Below are positions 9,020 through 18,760 of a stretch of 64,000 bases of DNA, in pieces. Source of the DNA: an uncultured Peptococcaceae bacterium (GTDB lineage Bacteria; Bacillota; Dehalobacteriia; UBA4068; UBA4997); contig CAZMTO010000001.1 of assembly GCA_964569265.1 (NCBI GenBank), forward strand, positions 3,995 through 67,994. The letters run 5' to 3'. The notes below the pieces were generated by a model. It did not search any database and had not been told where the DNA came from. It worked only from the letters and a program-made list of their open reading frames with translations. The position numbers were made by a program, and so were the translations under genes. Within the stretch, counting starts at the first letter, position 1. Every line of letters begins with the position of its first letter.

Positions 9020-9672
9020 AAAACGTGTTTCTTCCTATTATAAATAGGCACTAAATTACAGCTTTTTTGCATTACGCCAAAACAGCGTCAAATTACGCAG
9101 GCAAATTGCTGGGCTGCGCCGGCGGTATGTTCGTTGGGCACGAACAAAATAACCGTGTTTCTACCTATTATAAATAGGCTGTAAAAAGCAGGTTTTTTTG
9201 TCCACGGCAAGCAGCCTGCGTTTATTGACAGTTTTTTTGGCTGTGCTGCAAATTTTATTCCTATTATATAAGCAGCGTTTGTTGGGTTTAAGCTGGCAGC
9301 CGATGCTAAAGGGGCGCCGTATTTAAACGTGTTTCTTCCTATTATAAATACACATTTATTTTGCCGTTTTGTATGTACGTCATTTCTTCCTATTAAAATT
9401 AGCTGCCAAATAAGCAGCAAACAGCCGCAGCCGCAGCGCACACTGCCCGGCAGGTAGCGCAGCCCCCGGTTGGCCGTACCACGGGCAAGTATTCTACCTA
9501 TTAAAGGAACGGCCAACTTGCAGCCCAAATGTATAATCGCGGCATTTTTGGCGGTCGGCAATCGTCGTTTCTTCCTATTAAAGAATTGCAAACAGTTAAA
9601 ACCGGGCGTTTAAATGTTTCTTCCTATTATAAAAGTGGTTTACACATTTATTCCTATTATAAAAAAGAAAAA
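9020..9672 (+). repeat. irregular array of about 9 direct repeats with consensus (GT)GTTTCTTCCTATTATAAA(TAGGC)
   Basis: Copies start near 9023, 9152, 9250, 9325, 9381, 9491, 9566, 9612 and 9644, all in the same orientation. Spacings are 129, 98, 75, 56, 110, 75, 46 and 32 nt. The first two copies contain a CCTAT-N5-ATAGG inverted repeat. ORF 9088..9591 is an artefact of this array. Confidence 0.7.
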
Positions 9673-9898
9673 AATTTTATTCACGTGTTTTCAGTTTTTT
9701 TGCATACGGCATTTAGGTGCCTGCAAGCAAGCTAAATGGGCATATATCCACATTTGGACACCCTGTATTAAATTGCACCGCGTTATATAGGGCTATTTGG
9801 CGAATTAAGGCATAACCTGACAAATGGGCCACAACAAAAGTAGCGTATATTTATACAAAAATACTGCATTAAACCCAAAAATCGTATGCAAAAATTGC

Positions 9899-9927
9899 TT
9901 GACAATCGACGAAAAATTAGGTACTAT
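9899..9927 (+). promoter_or_regulatory. sigma-70 promoter TTGACA-17-TACTAT for transporter copy 1
   Basis: TTGACA at 9899-9904, a 17-nt spacer, and TACTAT at 9922-9927. Confidence 0.6.
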
Positions 9928-10255
9928 TAACTTGATCGTATCGCAAACCTTTGCGCTGAGACGATTTGGCAGAAAAGCTTGTTGGCTGCAATGGCCAGCA
10001 GAAGCCCCGCCACCCAAAAAACCAATCGGTTTGCAGAGCATTTGGGCAAGGGGTATCTCGCCTACAGGCAGCCGGCATGGTCGTCCGCAAGCCAAGCCCG
10101 GGTATCAGGCGGGCAACAGCAGGCAAAGCCGATCAAGCCACGGCCCATCAACAGCAATTATTTTTTTATTTTTAGATTAGGCTGTGGATTGGTTGGGCAG
10201 AGCAAAGTTAAACGGCACGATACAAAAAAATCAAAAAAGAATCGAGGTTGCACTT
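9928..10255 (+). ncRNA. long 5-prime leader (about 320 nt) of transporter copy 1, a candidate cis-regulatory RNA of unknown riboswitch class
   Basis: Blockwise conserved with the leader of copy 2 (CTGAGACGA, GTTGGCTGCAA, CC(A)6CC..GGTTT.CAGAGCATTTGGG, CCTACAGGCAG.CGGC, TCGTCCGCA, CAGCAATTATTTTTTATTTT, TAGGCTGTGG..TTGGGCAG). Indels break any shared reading frame. Confidence 0.45.
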
Positions 10256-11689
10256 ATGAAAGACAAAAAGATCGTTAAGCTTATCACAATTGTTCTTTTC
10301 GTAGCGCTGTGTGCTTGGACGTTTACGTCTCTTTCCGGCATTACTCCTCCTGACGCCGCTGCTCTGGGCGGGGAAGAATCCGAGGCTTATGTAACTGCAT
10401 TGGCCGAATACGAGGATGCTTATCAGCACCAAACAGCACTTTTGACCTTGGGCGTTCTGGTTACCATCGCATTCGTATTTATTACTGAATCGTTCCCGAT
10501 CGCTCTGGCCGCAATGGTTATCCCCTGTTACTACTCTGTATCCGGCATTATGGGCTGGAAGAGCGCGTTCTCCGGTTTGATTGACTCCTCCGTACTTCTG
10601 TTCGGTGGTATGTTTATCGTAGGCGGCGCAATGTTCCAGACCGGCTTGGCTCAGAAGATCGGCCTTTCCTGCGTAAAGATCGCAGCAGGTTCTGAAACCA
10701 AGTTGCAGTTGGTTATCATGATCGTAACCGGCGCTCTGTCCTCTTGCTTGTCCAACACCGGTACTGTTGCAGTATTGCTGCCTGTTTGCTTGGGTATTGC
10801 TGATTCCGCCGGCATGAGCCGCGCTAAACTGTTGATGCCTCTGGCAATTATGGCTTCTTCCGGTGGTATGATCACCGTAGCCGGTACTCCTCCGAATATG
10901 TCCGCAAATGCTACCCTGGATATGGTTGGCTTGGCACTCGGCTTCTTCGACTTTGCCTGGTACGGCATCCCGGTATCTATCGCTTCTATCCTGTATGTAA
11001 TGCTCATTGGTAACAAGCTCATCCCCAACCGTAAATCTGATATCGTTGTTGAGGACGAAGAAGAAGGTAAAGTATACGATCCTAAGAAACAGATCATCGC
11101 CGGTGCAGTACTTATCGTATGTATCATCGGTATGGTAATCTCCGACACCATCGGTATTCCGCTGCAGGTTATCGCTATCATCGGCGGTATCACTTGTGTA
11201 TTCACCGGTTGTATGACCGATAAGGAAGCTTACGAGTCCATCGACTGGACCACCATCTTCCTGTTTGCAGGTGCTATCGGTTTGGCAAATGCAATGCAGT
11301 CCACCGGCGCAGGCGAATTGCTCTCCACCAAGGTTGTTGGTGTTCTGGGCGGTTCTCCCAACCCCTACGTTCTGTTGATCGTACTGTTCCTGCTGGCCGG
11401 CGGTCTTACTCAGTTTATGTCTAACACCGCTGCTGCTGCTCTGCTGTGCCCCATCGGCTTGTCCATCGCTCAGTCTCTGGGCGCTGACCCGACGGCTGTT
11501 GTACTGTCCATCGGTTTTGCTTGCTCCGCAGCATATGTAACTCCTGTAGCAACTCCTCCGAACACCATGGTATTCGGCCCTGCAGGTTTAACCTTTATGG
11601 ACTTTGTAAAAGTTGGTTTGCCGCTGTTCGTTATCGCATTTATCCTGGCAGTAGTAATCGTACCGATCGTATGGCCCTTCTTCCCGTGA
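10256..11689 (+). CDS. ion-transporter (ArsB/NhaD/CitMHS) superfamily permease, paralog 1
   Basis: 477 aa polytopic membrane protein with two hairpin-like GTPPN motifs (AGTPPNMSA, ATPPNTMVF). The start is at MKDKKIVKL, which has RBS GAGGT and is 72 nt inside ORF 10184..11689. It is about 85% identical to the downstream copy. Confidence 0.7.
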   Translation: MKDKKIVKLITIVLFVALCAWTFTSLSGITPPDAAALGGEESEAYVTALAEYEDAYQHQTALLTLGVLVTIAFVFITESFPIALAAMVIPCYYSVSGIMGWKSAFSGLIDSSVLLFGGMFIVGGAMFQTGLAQKIGLSCVKIAAGSETKLQLVIMIVTGALSSCLSNTGTVAVLLPVCLGIADSAGMSRAKLLMPLAIMASSGGMITVAGTPPNMSANATLDMVGLALGFFDFAWYGIPVSIASILYVMLIGNKLIPNRKSDIVVEDEEEGKVYDPKKQIIAGAVLIVCIIGMVISDTIGIPLQVIAIIGGITCVFTGCMTDKEAYESIDWTTIFLFAGAIGLANAMQSTGAGELLSTKVVGVLGGSPNPYVLLIVLFLLAGGLTQFMSNTAAAALLCPIGLSIAQSLGADPTAVVLSIGFACSAAYVTPVATPPNTMVFGPAGLTFMDFVKVGLPLFVIAFILAVVIVPIVWPFFP

Positions 11690-11740
11690 TAAAGCGCGTG
11701 TGGTAACGCAAGCTAAAACATAACTTAATTCAAAACCTTA

Positions 11741-11776
11741 AATACCCTCTGCTTAGGCAGGGGGTATTTTTTTGTG
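11741..11776 (+). terminator. intrinsic terminator after transporter copy 1
   Basis: TACCCTCTGC/GCAGGGGGTA stem followed by TTTTTTT. Confidence 0.75.
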
Positions 11777-12080
11777 CTGCTTTTGCCGGCGGCGTTTTTA
11801 CCCAGCAATTTGCTATGCCATATTATAATCAGTTACATTTGTGCCAAAATGTGCCGCAAAAATAAATTTTATAAAAAAATTTTATACACAAAATTTTTCG
11901 GGAATTTTTTCTGCAAAAAATGCCAAACTAAAAATTGCCCCAAAGCTTTATTAAACAGGCATTTGTCGAATTTTTGACACCTGCCGAAAATGTCGTTTGG
12001 GCGCCCCGGCAAGTATGCATAATTCTGCATTTATATACTAATATTTTGCATTAAACTAACAAGCCTATACAAAAATCTGC

Positions 12081-12109
12081 TTGACAATTATAAAAAAATA
12101 AGTTAACAT
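12081..12109 (+). promoter_or_regulatory. sigma-70 promoter TTGACA-17-TAACAT for transporter copy 2
   Basis: TTGACA at 12081-12086, a 17-nt spacer, and TAACAT at 12104-12109. The upstream context TAtaCAAAAATcTGCTTGACAAT is shared with the copy 1 promoter. Confidence 0.55.
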
Positions 12110-12451
12110 CAAAATTGTCGTGACAAAGGCTTATGTTCTGAGACGAATTTTGCGACTAAAAAACGCTGTTGGCTGCAAAGGATAGCAGGCACCTAACCCC
12201 AAAAAACCCACCCGGTTTACAGAGCATTTGGGAATTTGGTTCCTCACCTACAGGCAGTCGGCGAATTCGTCCGCAGGCCGCACCGGGGTTATTAGCCGGC
12301 AGGCGGCTGCAATGCCAAACAAACCACAACCCTTTTACAGCAATTATTTTTTATTTTACTGACTTATAGGCTGTGGGCGCTTGGGCAGTTCAAAAGGCTG
12401 CGCCGCGAACATCAAAAGAAAAGAATCTAAAAAAAGAATCGAGGTTGCACA
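12110..12451 (+). ncRNA. long 5-prime leader (about 340 nt) of transporter copy 2, homologous to the copy 1 leader
   Basis: Same conserved blocks as 9928-10255. It also ends in a U-rich tract (CAGCAATTATTTTTTATTTT) before the last roughly 90 nt and the RBS. Confidence 0.45.
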
Positions 12452-13891
12452 ATGAAAGACAAGAGAATTGTTAAGCTTATTACAGTTGTTCTTTTCCTGG
12501 CGCTGTGTGCTTGGACTTACACGTCCCTCTCCGGCATCACTGCACCCGACGCTGCTGCTCTGGGCGGGGAAGAGTCCGAGGCTTATGTAACTGCATTAGC
12601 CGAATACGAGGATGCTTATCAGCACCAAACCGCACTTTTAACTTTGGGTGTTTTGGTAGTAATTGCATTTGTATTTATTACTGAATCGTTCCCGATCGCT
12701 CTGGCTGCAATGGCCATCCCCTGTTACTACGCTGTTTCCGGCATTATGCCTTGGAAGTCCGCATTCAGTGGCTTGATCGACTCCTCCGTACTTCTGTTCG
12801 GCGGTATGTTTATCGTAGGCGGTGCAATGTTCCAGACCGGTTTGGCCCAGAAGATCGGCCTTTCCTGCGTAAAGATCGCTGCTGGTTCTGAAACCAAGTT
12901 GCAGATCGTTATCATGGTAGTAACCGGCGCTATGTCCGCGTTCCTGTCTAACACCGGTACTGTTGCAGTATTGCTGCCTGTTTGCTTGGGTATTGCTGAT
13001 TCTGCCGGCATGAGCCGCGCTAAGCTGTTGATGCCCCTGGCAATTATGGCTTCTTCCGGTGGTATGATCACCATGGCAGGTACTCCTCCGAATATGTCTG
13101 CTGCTGCTACCTTGCAGATGGCTGATATTCCGATCGGTTTCTTCGACTTTATCTGGTTCGGTCTGCCGATTTCCATCGTTTCTATTCTGTACGTAATGAC
13201 CATTGGTAACAAGCTAATCCCCAACCGTCAGTCTGACGTTGTTGTTGAGGACGAAGAAGAAGGCAAAGTATACGATCCCAAGAAGCAGATCATCGCCGGT
13301 TTTGTTCTGGCTGTATGTATCGTTGGTATGGCTGCTTCCGATGCTATTGGCATCCCGCTGCAGGTTATCGCTATCATCGGCGGTATCACTTGTGTATTCA
13401 CCGGTTGTATGACCGATAAGGAAGCTTACGAGTCCATCGACTGGACCACCATCTTCCTGTTTGCAGGTGCTATCGGTTTGGCAAATGCAATGCAGTCCAC
13501 CGGCGCAGGCGAATTGCTCTCCACCAAGGTTGTTGGTGTTCTGGGCGGTTCTCCCAACCCCTACGTTCTGTTGATCGTACTGTTCCTGCTGGCCGGCGGT
13601 CTTACTCAGTTTATGTCTAACACCGCTGCTGCTGCTCTGCTGTGCCCCATCGGCTTGTCCATCGCTCAGTCTCTGGGCGCTGACCCGACGGCTGTTGTAC
13701 TGTCCATCGGTTTTGCTTGCTCCGCAGCATATGTAACTCCTGTAGCAACTCCTCCGAACACCATGGTATTCGGCCCTGCAGGTTTAACCTTTATGGACTT
13801 TGTAAAAGTTGGTTTGCCGCTGTTCCTTATCACCGGCGTTCTGGCTTTGGTAGTTGTACCGATTGTATGGCCTTTCTTCCCGGGTGCTTAA
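12452..13891 (+). CDS. ion-transporter (ArsB/NhaD/CitMHS) superfamily permease, paralog 2
   Basis: 479 aa, collinear with paralog 1 (MKDKRIVKLITVVLF...), with RBS GAGGT. Confidence 0.75.
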   Translation: MKDKRIVKLITVVLFLALCAWTYTSLSGITAPDAAALGGEESEAYVTALAEYEDAYQHQTALLTLGVLVVIAFVFITESFPIALAAMAIPCYYAVSGIMPWKSAFSGLIDSSVLLFGGMFIVGGAMFQTGLAQKIGLSCVKIAAGSETKLQIVIMVVTGAMSAFLSNTGTVAVLLPVCLGIADSAGMSRAKLLMPLAIMASSGGMITMAGTPPNMSAAATLQMADIPIGFFDFIWFGLPISIVSILYVMTIGNKLIPNRQSDVVVEDEEEGKVYDPKKQIIAGFVLAVCIVGMAASDAIGIPLQVIAIIGGITCVFTGCMTDKEAYESIDWTTIFLFAGAIGLANAMQSTGAGELLSTKVVGVLGGSPNPYVLLIVLFLLAGGLTQFMSNTAAAALLCPIGLSIAQSLGADPTAVVLSIGFACSAAYVTPVATPPNTMVFGPAGLTFMDFVKVGLPLFLITGVLALVVVPIVWPFFPGA

Positions 13892-13920
13892 TCCGCTGAG
13901 ATTTGCTGACGTAAATACTA

Positions 13921-13955
13921 AAGACTCTCTGCTTTTAGCAGGGAGTCTTTTTTTA
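13921..13955 (+). terminator. intrinsic terminator after transporter copy 2
   Basis: GACTCTCTGC/GCAGGGAGTC stem with loop TTTTA, followed by TTTTTTT. Confidence 0.75.
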
Positions 13956-13995
13956 CAGCTACTGGATTTATTACGCCCGCTTTGCTATAATATTA

Positions 13996-14949
13996 GTGTT
14001 ACTAAGCGCGGAGGTTTTTACTGTGTCTACCATACAAATTTGCCACCCGGCCCCGGCAGATGTTGCGGCAATGCAAGCCCTATGGCAGGCGGCCTTTACC
14101 GAAGATGCCCACAGCGGCTATGTTACGTGGTATTTTGCCAACCGTTTTGCGGCAACAACCACCTGGCTGCTAAAGCTTAACGGCACTGCTGCGGCTATGG
14201 CTTTTGCGCCCACCCACACACTGCTGACACCGAACGGCCCCGTAGCCGTGCCCTACCTGCAAGGCATAGCCACCTTGCCCGACTTACAGGGGCGTGGGCT
14301 TTGCCACAAGCTGCTTAGCCGCGTTTTTGCTGATTTAACGGCGGCCAATTACCCCTGCTGCGTTTTAAAGCCATTTGATGCTGCTTTTTACGAACCGTTG
14401 GGTTTTAAGTTTTTTGCTTATTTACGGCAATATAAGCTAAATTTTGCCAACTGTTTTTTGCAGCCGCCCACCGATGATATAAGCTTTGTGCAACACCAAA
14501 GCTGTGCCGCGGCAGATGATGCTGCCCAAATATATGCGGCGTGGCTTAGCCAAATACCCTGCTATGCCCGGCGCACCCCGGCAGATTTTAAGCTGCTGCT
14601 GGCCGACCATTTTAATGACCGCGGCAACCTGCTAATGGCCTATGCCGGCAACCGGCCTGTGGCCTACGCACTTTACAGCGCCACCGCCAACGGTTTGTTT
14701 ATCCGCGAGCTGGCCTGCACCAACCCCCGTGCTGCTACCAATTTGCTGCGCCGTATTGCCGCCGATTACCGCGACACTGCCCCGTGTGCCCTGCTGATAG
14801 CGCCGGACGATTATCGGCTGTGTATGCCCCTGCCACAGACAACGGCCGGTTGGCAAGTTGTGCCTTTTGCTATGTATAAACCCTTGACGGCAGCACCGCA
14901 AGAATGTTACAATCAAATAAAAGATGCTTATTTTTACGAATATTTTTGA
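13996..14949 (+). CDS. GNAT-family N-acetyltransferase, Eis-like two-domain architecture
   Basis: Acetyl-CoA binding motif LQGRGLCHKLL (Q/RxxGxG/A), a length of about 310 aa and a second GNAT-like half. The start is uncertain: GTG at 13996 per the ORF track, or GTG at 14023 with RBS GGAGG. Confidence 0.5.
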   Translation: MLLSAEVFTVSTIQICHPAPADVAAMQALWQAAFTEDAHSGYVTWYFANRFAATTTWLLKLNGTAAAMAFAPTHTLLTPNGPVAVPYLQGIATLPDLQGRGLCHKLLSRVFADLTAANYPCCVLKPFDAAFYEPLGFKFFAYLRQYKLNFANCFLQPPTDDISFVQHQSCAAADDAAQIYAAWLSQIPCYARRTPADFKLLLADHFNDRGNLLMAYAGNRPVAYALYSATANGLFIRELACTNPRAATNLLRRIAADYRDTAPCALLIAPDDYRLCMPLPQTTAGWQVVPFAMYKPLTAAPQECYNQIKDAYFYEYF

Positions 14950-14985
14950 TACCATATGCCTTGCAATTTAAGAAAGGAGTAAGCT

Positions 14986-15633
14986 ATGCCCAAAAAACGG
15001 CGGCGTTTGCGGCAAGAAGCCGTGCTGATGATGTGTACGCTGGCAGTAATCGTCTGCGGCGTTATTTTGGTTGCCCCCACCCTGACCGATGACCGACAGA
15101 ATAAACTGCTTGATCAGGAGGTGCGGCAAAAAATGGTCGATGCCACCAATATCAGCGAGCTTTTAACCAGTAAAGACATCAATATCGGGGAATCTACCAA
15201 AATACGCAGCCTGCTGCGCGACAAACTGCCCGCCGGTTTGTTTTTAAGCACCTTTGACATAACGCTTGACAAGCTGACCGTAAAATATGCCCTTACCGAG
15301 CGCAGCGAAAGCACGCCCGAAGCCTACGCGGCCTTTTGGACGGAGGACAACTGCCAGCAGATAATTATGTATAACACGGCGGCTATGTTTGTTTTGGTGC
15401 GCAACTTAGAGGTTATTGAAATAAACGTGGAGGGCTACGATTACCCCACCGCTCTGGTTACGCGCGGGGCGGCCAATAAAATTTTTGCCACCGACCTTGC
15501 CGCTATTACGCAGGCCGATGTTTGGCAGCAAACGTTGATAACCGACGGTGTGTATAACGATGACAACCGCGCGGCGTTTTTTGCCGAGCGCCCGCTGGCC
15601 CCTAACGATGAATTGACCGAGCTTAATCAATAA
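14986..15633 (+). CDS. hypothetical membrane-anchored protein
   Basis: 215 aa with an N-terminal basic stretch plus one TM helix (MMCTLAVIVCGVILVAP) and no recognisable catalytic motif. Confidence 0.4.
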   Translation: MPKKRRRLRQEAVLMMCTLAVIVCGVILVAPTLTDDRQNKLLDQEVRQKMVDATNISELLTSKDINIGESTKIRSLLRDKLPAGLFLSTFDITLDKLTVKYALTERSESTPEAYAAFWTEDNCQQIIMYNTAAMFVLVRNLEVIEINVEGYDYPTALVTRGAANKIFATDLAAITQADVWQQTLITDGVYNDDNRAAFFAERPLAPNDELTELNQ

Positions 15634-15654
15634 ATAGCTGTAAAGAGGTGTTTT

Positions 15655-15894
15655 ATGGATTTTCGGGAAGCTATATCTATTGAGCTGCTGCGCCGTTGCC
15701 GAACCTGTGGGCTTACCCTGCCCGGTTTGGCCAAAAAAGCGCAGGTGCCGCTTTCTACCCTAAAAAATATTGTGTCCGGCCAAAGTGTCAACCCCGGCGT
15801 GCTTACGCTGGCTGCCCTGTGCGAGGGTTTGGATACTGATTTGGCGGACTTTATTGCGGCTGCCGAACAGGCGGCCAACAGCAACGTTGAATAA
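15655..15894 (+). CDS. XRE-family helix-turn-helix transcriptional regulator
   Basis: 79 aa. CGLTLPGLAKKAQVPLSTLKNIVSGQSVNPGVLTLAALCEGL is a Cro/C1-type HTH. Confidence 0.65.
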   Translation: MDFREAISIELLRRCRTCGLTLPGLAKKAQVPLSTLKNIVSGQSVNPGVLTLAALCEGLDTDLADFIAAAEQAANSNVE

Positions 15895-15921
15895 AAATCA
15901 GCTAAAAGGAGCTTATTTAAA

Positions 15922-16767
15922 ATGACAACCTTAAAATTTACTAAAATGCACGGCTGCGGCAACGATTTTATTATGCTTAACGGCTTTACGCAGGCCCTGC
16001 CGGCCGATATGGGGGCGCTGGCCGAACGCCTGTGCCACCGCAACTTTGGCATTGGTGCCGACGGTGTTATCGCTCTTACACCGGCCGATGGCTACGATTA
16101 CCAGATGCGACTTTTTCAGCCGGATGGATCTGAGGCGGAAATGTGCGGCAACGGCACACGCTGTGCGGCGCTGTTTGCCCACCGCGAGGGTATTTGCACC
16201 AAAGATGAGCTTACGATGCTGACTCTGGCCGGTACTATTCGCCCTACGGTTTTGCAGGCCGATGATACCGTTGGCACCGTGCGCGTAGATATGGGCGCAC
16301 CGCGCCTTAATGCGGCCGCCATACCCTGCAAGCTGGGCGGCGATACCGTAATTGATCAGTCGATAGAAGTTTTGGGTCGCGAATTTATATTTTGCGGCGT
16401 TTCGATGGGCAACCCGCACGCGGTAATTTTTTTGGACGTTGACCCCGACGGCTACCCGATTGCCACCTATGGCCCCCTGCTGGAAAAGCACGAGATTTTT
16501 CCGGCTAAGGCCAACATAGAATTTGCCCAAATTATTGACGAACACACCATAAAAATGCGCGTTTGGGAACGCGGCGTGGGCCAAACTTTGGCTTGCGGCA
16601 CCGGCGCCTGCGCTACGGCCGTGGCTGCTATTTTAACCGGGCGTGCCACCGCCCCGGTTTGCGTACAGTTGGCCGGCGGCAACCTTACCATAGACTGGCA
16701 ACAGGGCGGCCCCGTGTTTATGACCGGCCCCACAGCCGTAAGCTTTAGCGGAGAATTTACCCTTTGA
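15922..16767 (+). CDS. dapF: diaminopimelate epimerase
   Basis: Two active-site Cys motifs: FTKMHGCGNDF at the N-terminus and CGNGTRCAA, plus GNPH. 281 aa. Confidence 0.9.
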   Translation: MTTLKFTKMHGCGNDFIMLNGFTQALPADMGALAERLCHRNFGIGADGVIALTPADGYDYQMRLFQPDGSEAEMCGNGTRCAALFAHREGICTKDELTMLTLAGTIRPTVLQADDTVGTVRVDMGAPRLNAAAIPCKLGGDTVIDQSIEVLGREFIFCGVSMGNPHAVIFLDVDPDGYPIATYGPLLEKHEIFPAKANIEFAQIIDEHTIKMRVWERGVGQTLACGTGACATAVAAILTGRATAPVCVQLAGGNLTIDWQQGGPVFMTGPTAVSFSGEFTL

Positions 16768-17537
16768 GCGCGGCACAAAAAAAGCTGGGCATTGCCTTTG
16801 GCGGCGGTGGTGTGCGCGGTATGGCGCACGTTGGCCTTATCGAGGAGCTGGATAAACACGGTATCCGCGCCGATATGGTTGCCGGCACGTCTATAGGGTC
16901 GTTGGTGGCGGCGCTGTACGCCTGCGGCTACAAGGGCAGTTTTTTGGCCCGGTTGATGGAAAATATTAACCTTAAACAGCTTTTAGACATTAAACCTTCC
17001 TTCGATGGGTTGATGACGGGCAGTAATTACGCCGAATTTGCCCGTTTAATGACGAAAACCCGCAATATTGAAGATTTGCCGATGCCGCTGCGTATTGTGG
17101 CTACCGACTTGAACAACAGCGAAATGAAGGTTTTTGATAACGGCCCAATTTGGCGAGCCGTTCACGCTTCGTCTGCTATACCGGGCGTGTTTGTGCCGGT
17201 GGAATATCGCGGCGAAACCTATGTTGACGGTTGTCTGGTAGACAACTGCCCCTGCGCTGTTTTGCGTGATATGGGGGCCGATGTGATTATTGCGGTAGAT
17301 TTAGACACCGTACAAAACCGCGAGGCCGCACCGCCCACCAATTTGGTAAACATTTTGCAGCGTTCGGTGGACGTTATGGGCAAAAAAAACAGCAGTGCCC
17401 ATATGGCCGACATCTGCCTTACACCGATGACCGAATATATAACATCTGTTGACGTTAACCGCGCTGATTTTGCGCTGGAATGTGGCCGCACGGAGGCCGC
17501 CGCCCGCATTGACGAAATTTTGGAGCTGCTGAGATGA
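16764..17537 (+). CDS. patatin-like phospholipase
   Basis: Oxyanion GGGGVRG and nucleophile-elbow GTSIG (GxSxG) motifs. The ATG overlaps the dapF stop (ATGA). Confidence 0.85.
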   Translation: MSAAQKKLGIAFGGGGVRGMAHVGLIEELDKHGIRADMVAGTSIGSLVAALYACGYKGSFLARLMENINLKQLLDIKPSFDGLMTGSNYAEFARLMTKTRNIEDLPMPLRIVATDLNNSEMKVFDNGPIWRAVHASSAIPGVFVPVEYRGETYVDGCLVDNCPCAVLRDMGADVIIAVDLDTVQNREAAPPTNLVNILQRSVDVMGKKNSSAHMADICLTPMTEYITSVDVNRADFALECGRTEAAARIDEILELLR

Positions 17538-17608
17538 GCTGAATAACAACAAAAAAACGCCCCCTTGCGAAAAGGGGGCATTTGCAATTTTTGCATAAAT
17601 ATACAATT

Positions 17609-18676
<1,068 letters not shown>

Positions 18677-18760
18677 TTATTCTTATATAATACAACTATC
18701 TTGCTAAAAAAACAATATTATTTTTACAATTTTTGCATAAAAATACTGCATACAATATGA

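Noticed and set aside
9088-9591. 167-aa minus-strand ORF in the track
   Set aside because: Its translation is dominated by reiterated FIIGRNT/YIIGIKF segments, which are simply the nucleotide repeats read in frame. It has no RBS and no start context.
9020-9672. Possible CRISPR array (repeated 20-27-bp motif)
   Set aside because: Repeat spacing is highly irregular (32-129 nt) and units decay in length. There is no constant repeat-spacer period, no cas genes within 64 kb, and the repeat is shorter than typical CRISPR repeats.
9979-10278. Apparent protein-level similarity between ORFs in the two transporter leaders (PIGLQSIWARGISPTGSR... versus PPGLQSIWEFGSSPTGSR...)
   Set aside because: The similar translations lie in different frames relative to the only shared potential start (TTGGCTGCA). 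A 1-nt indel separates them, and substitutions are not biased to synonymous sites. The similarity reflects nucleotide conservation of a non-coding leader.
15931-16584. 217-aa minus-strand ORF
   Set aside because: It is antisense to dapF, with no motif support.
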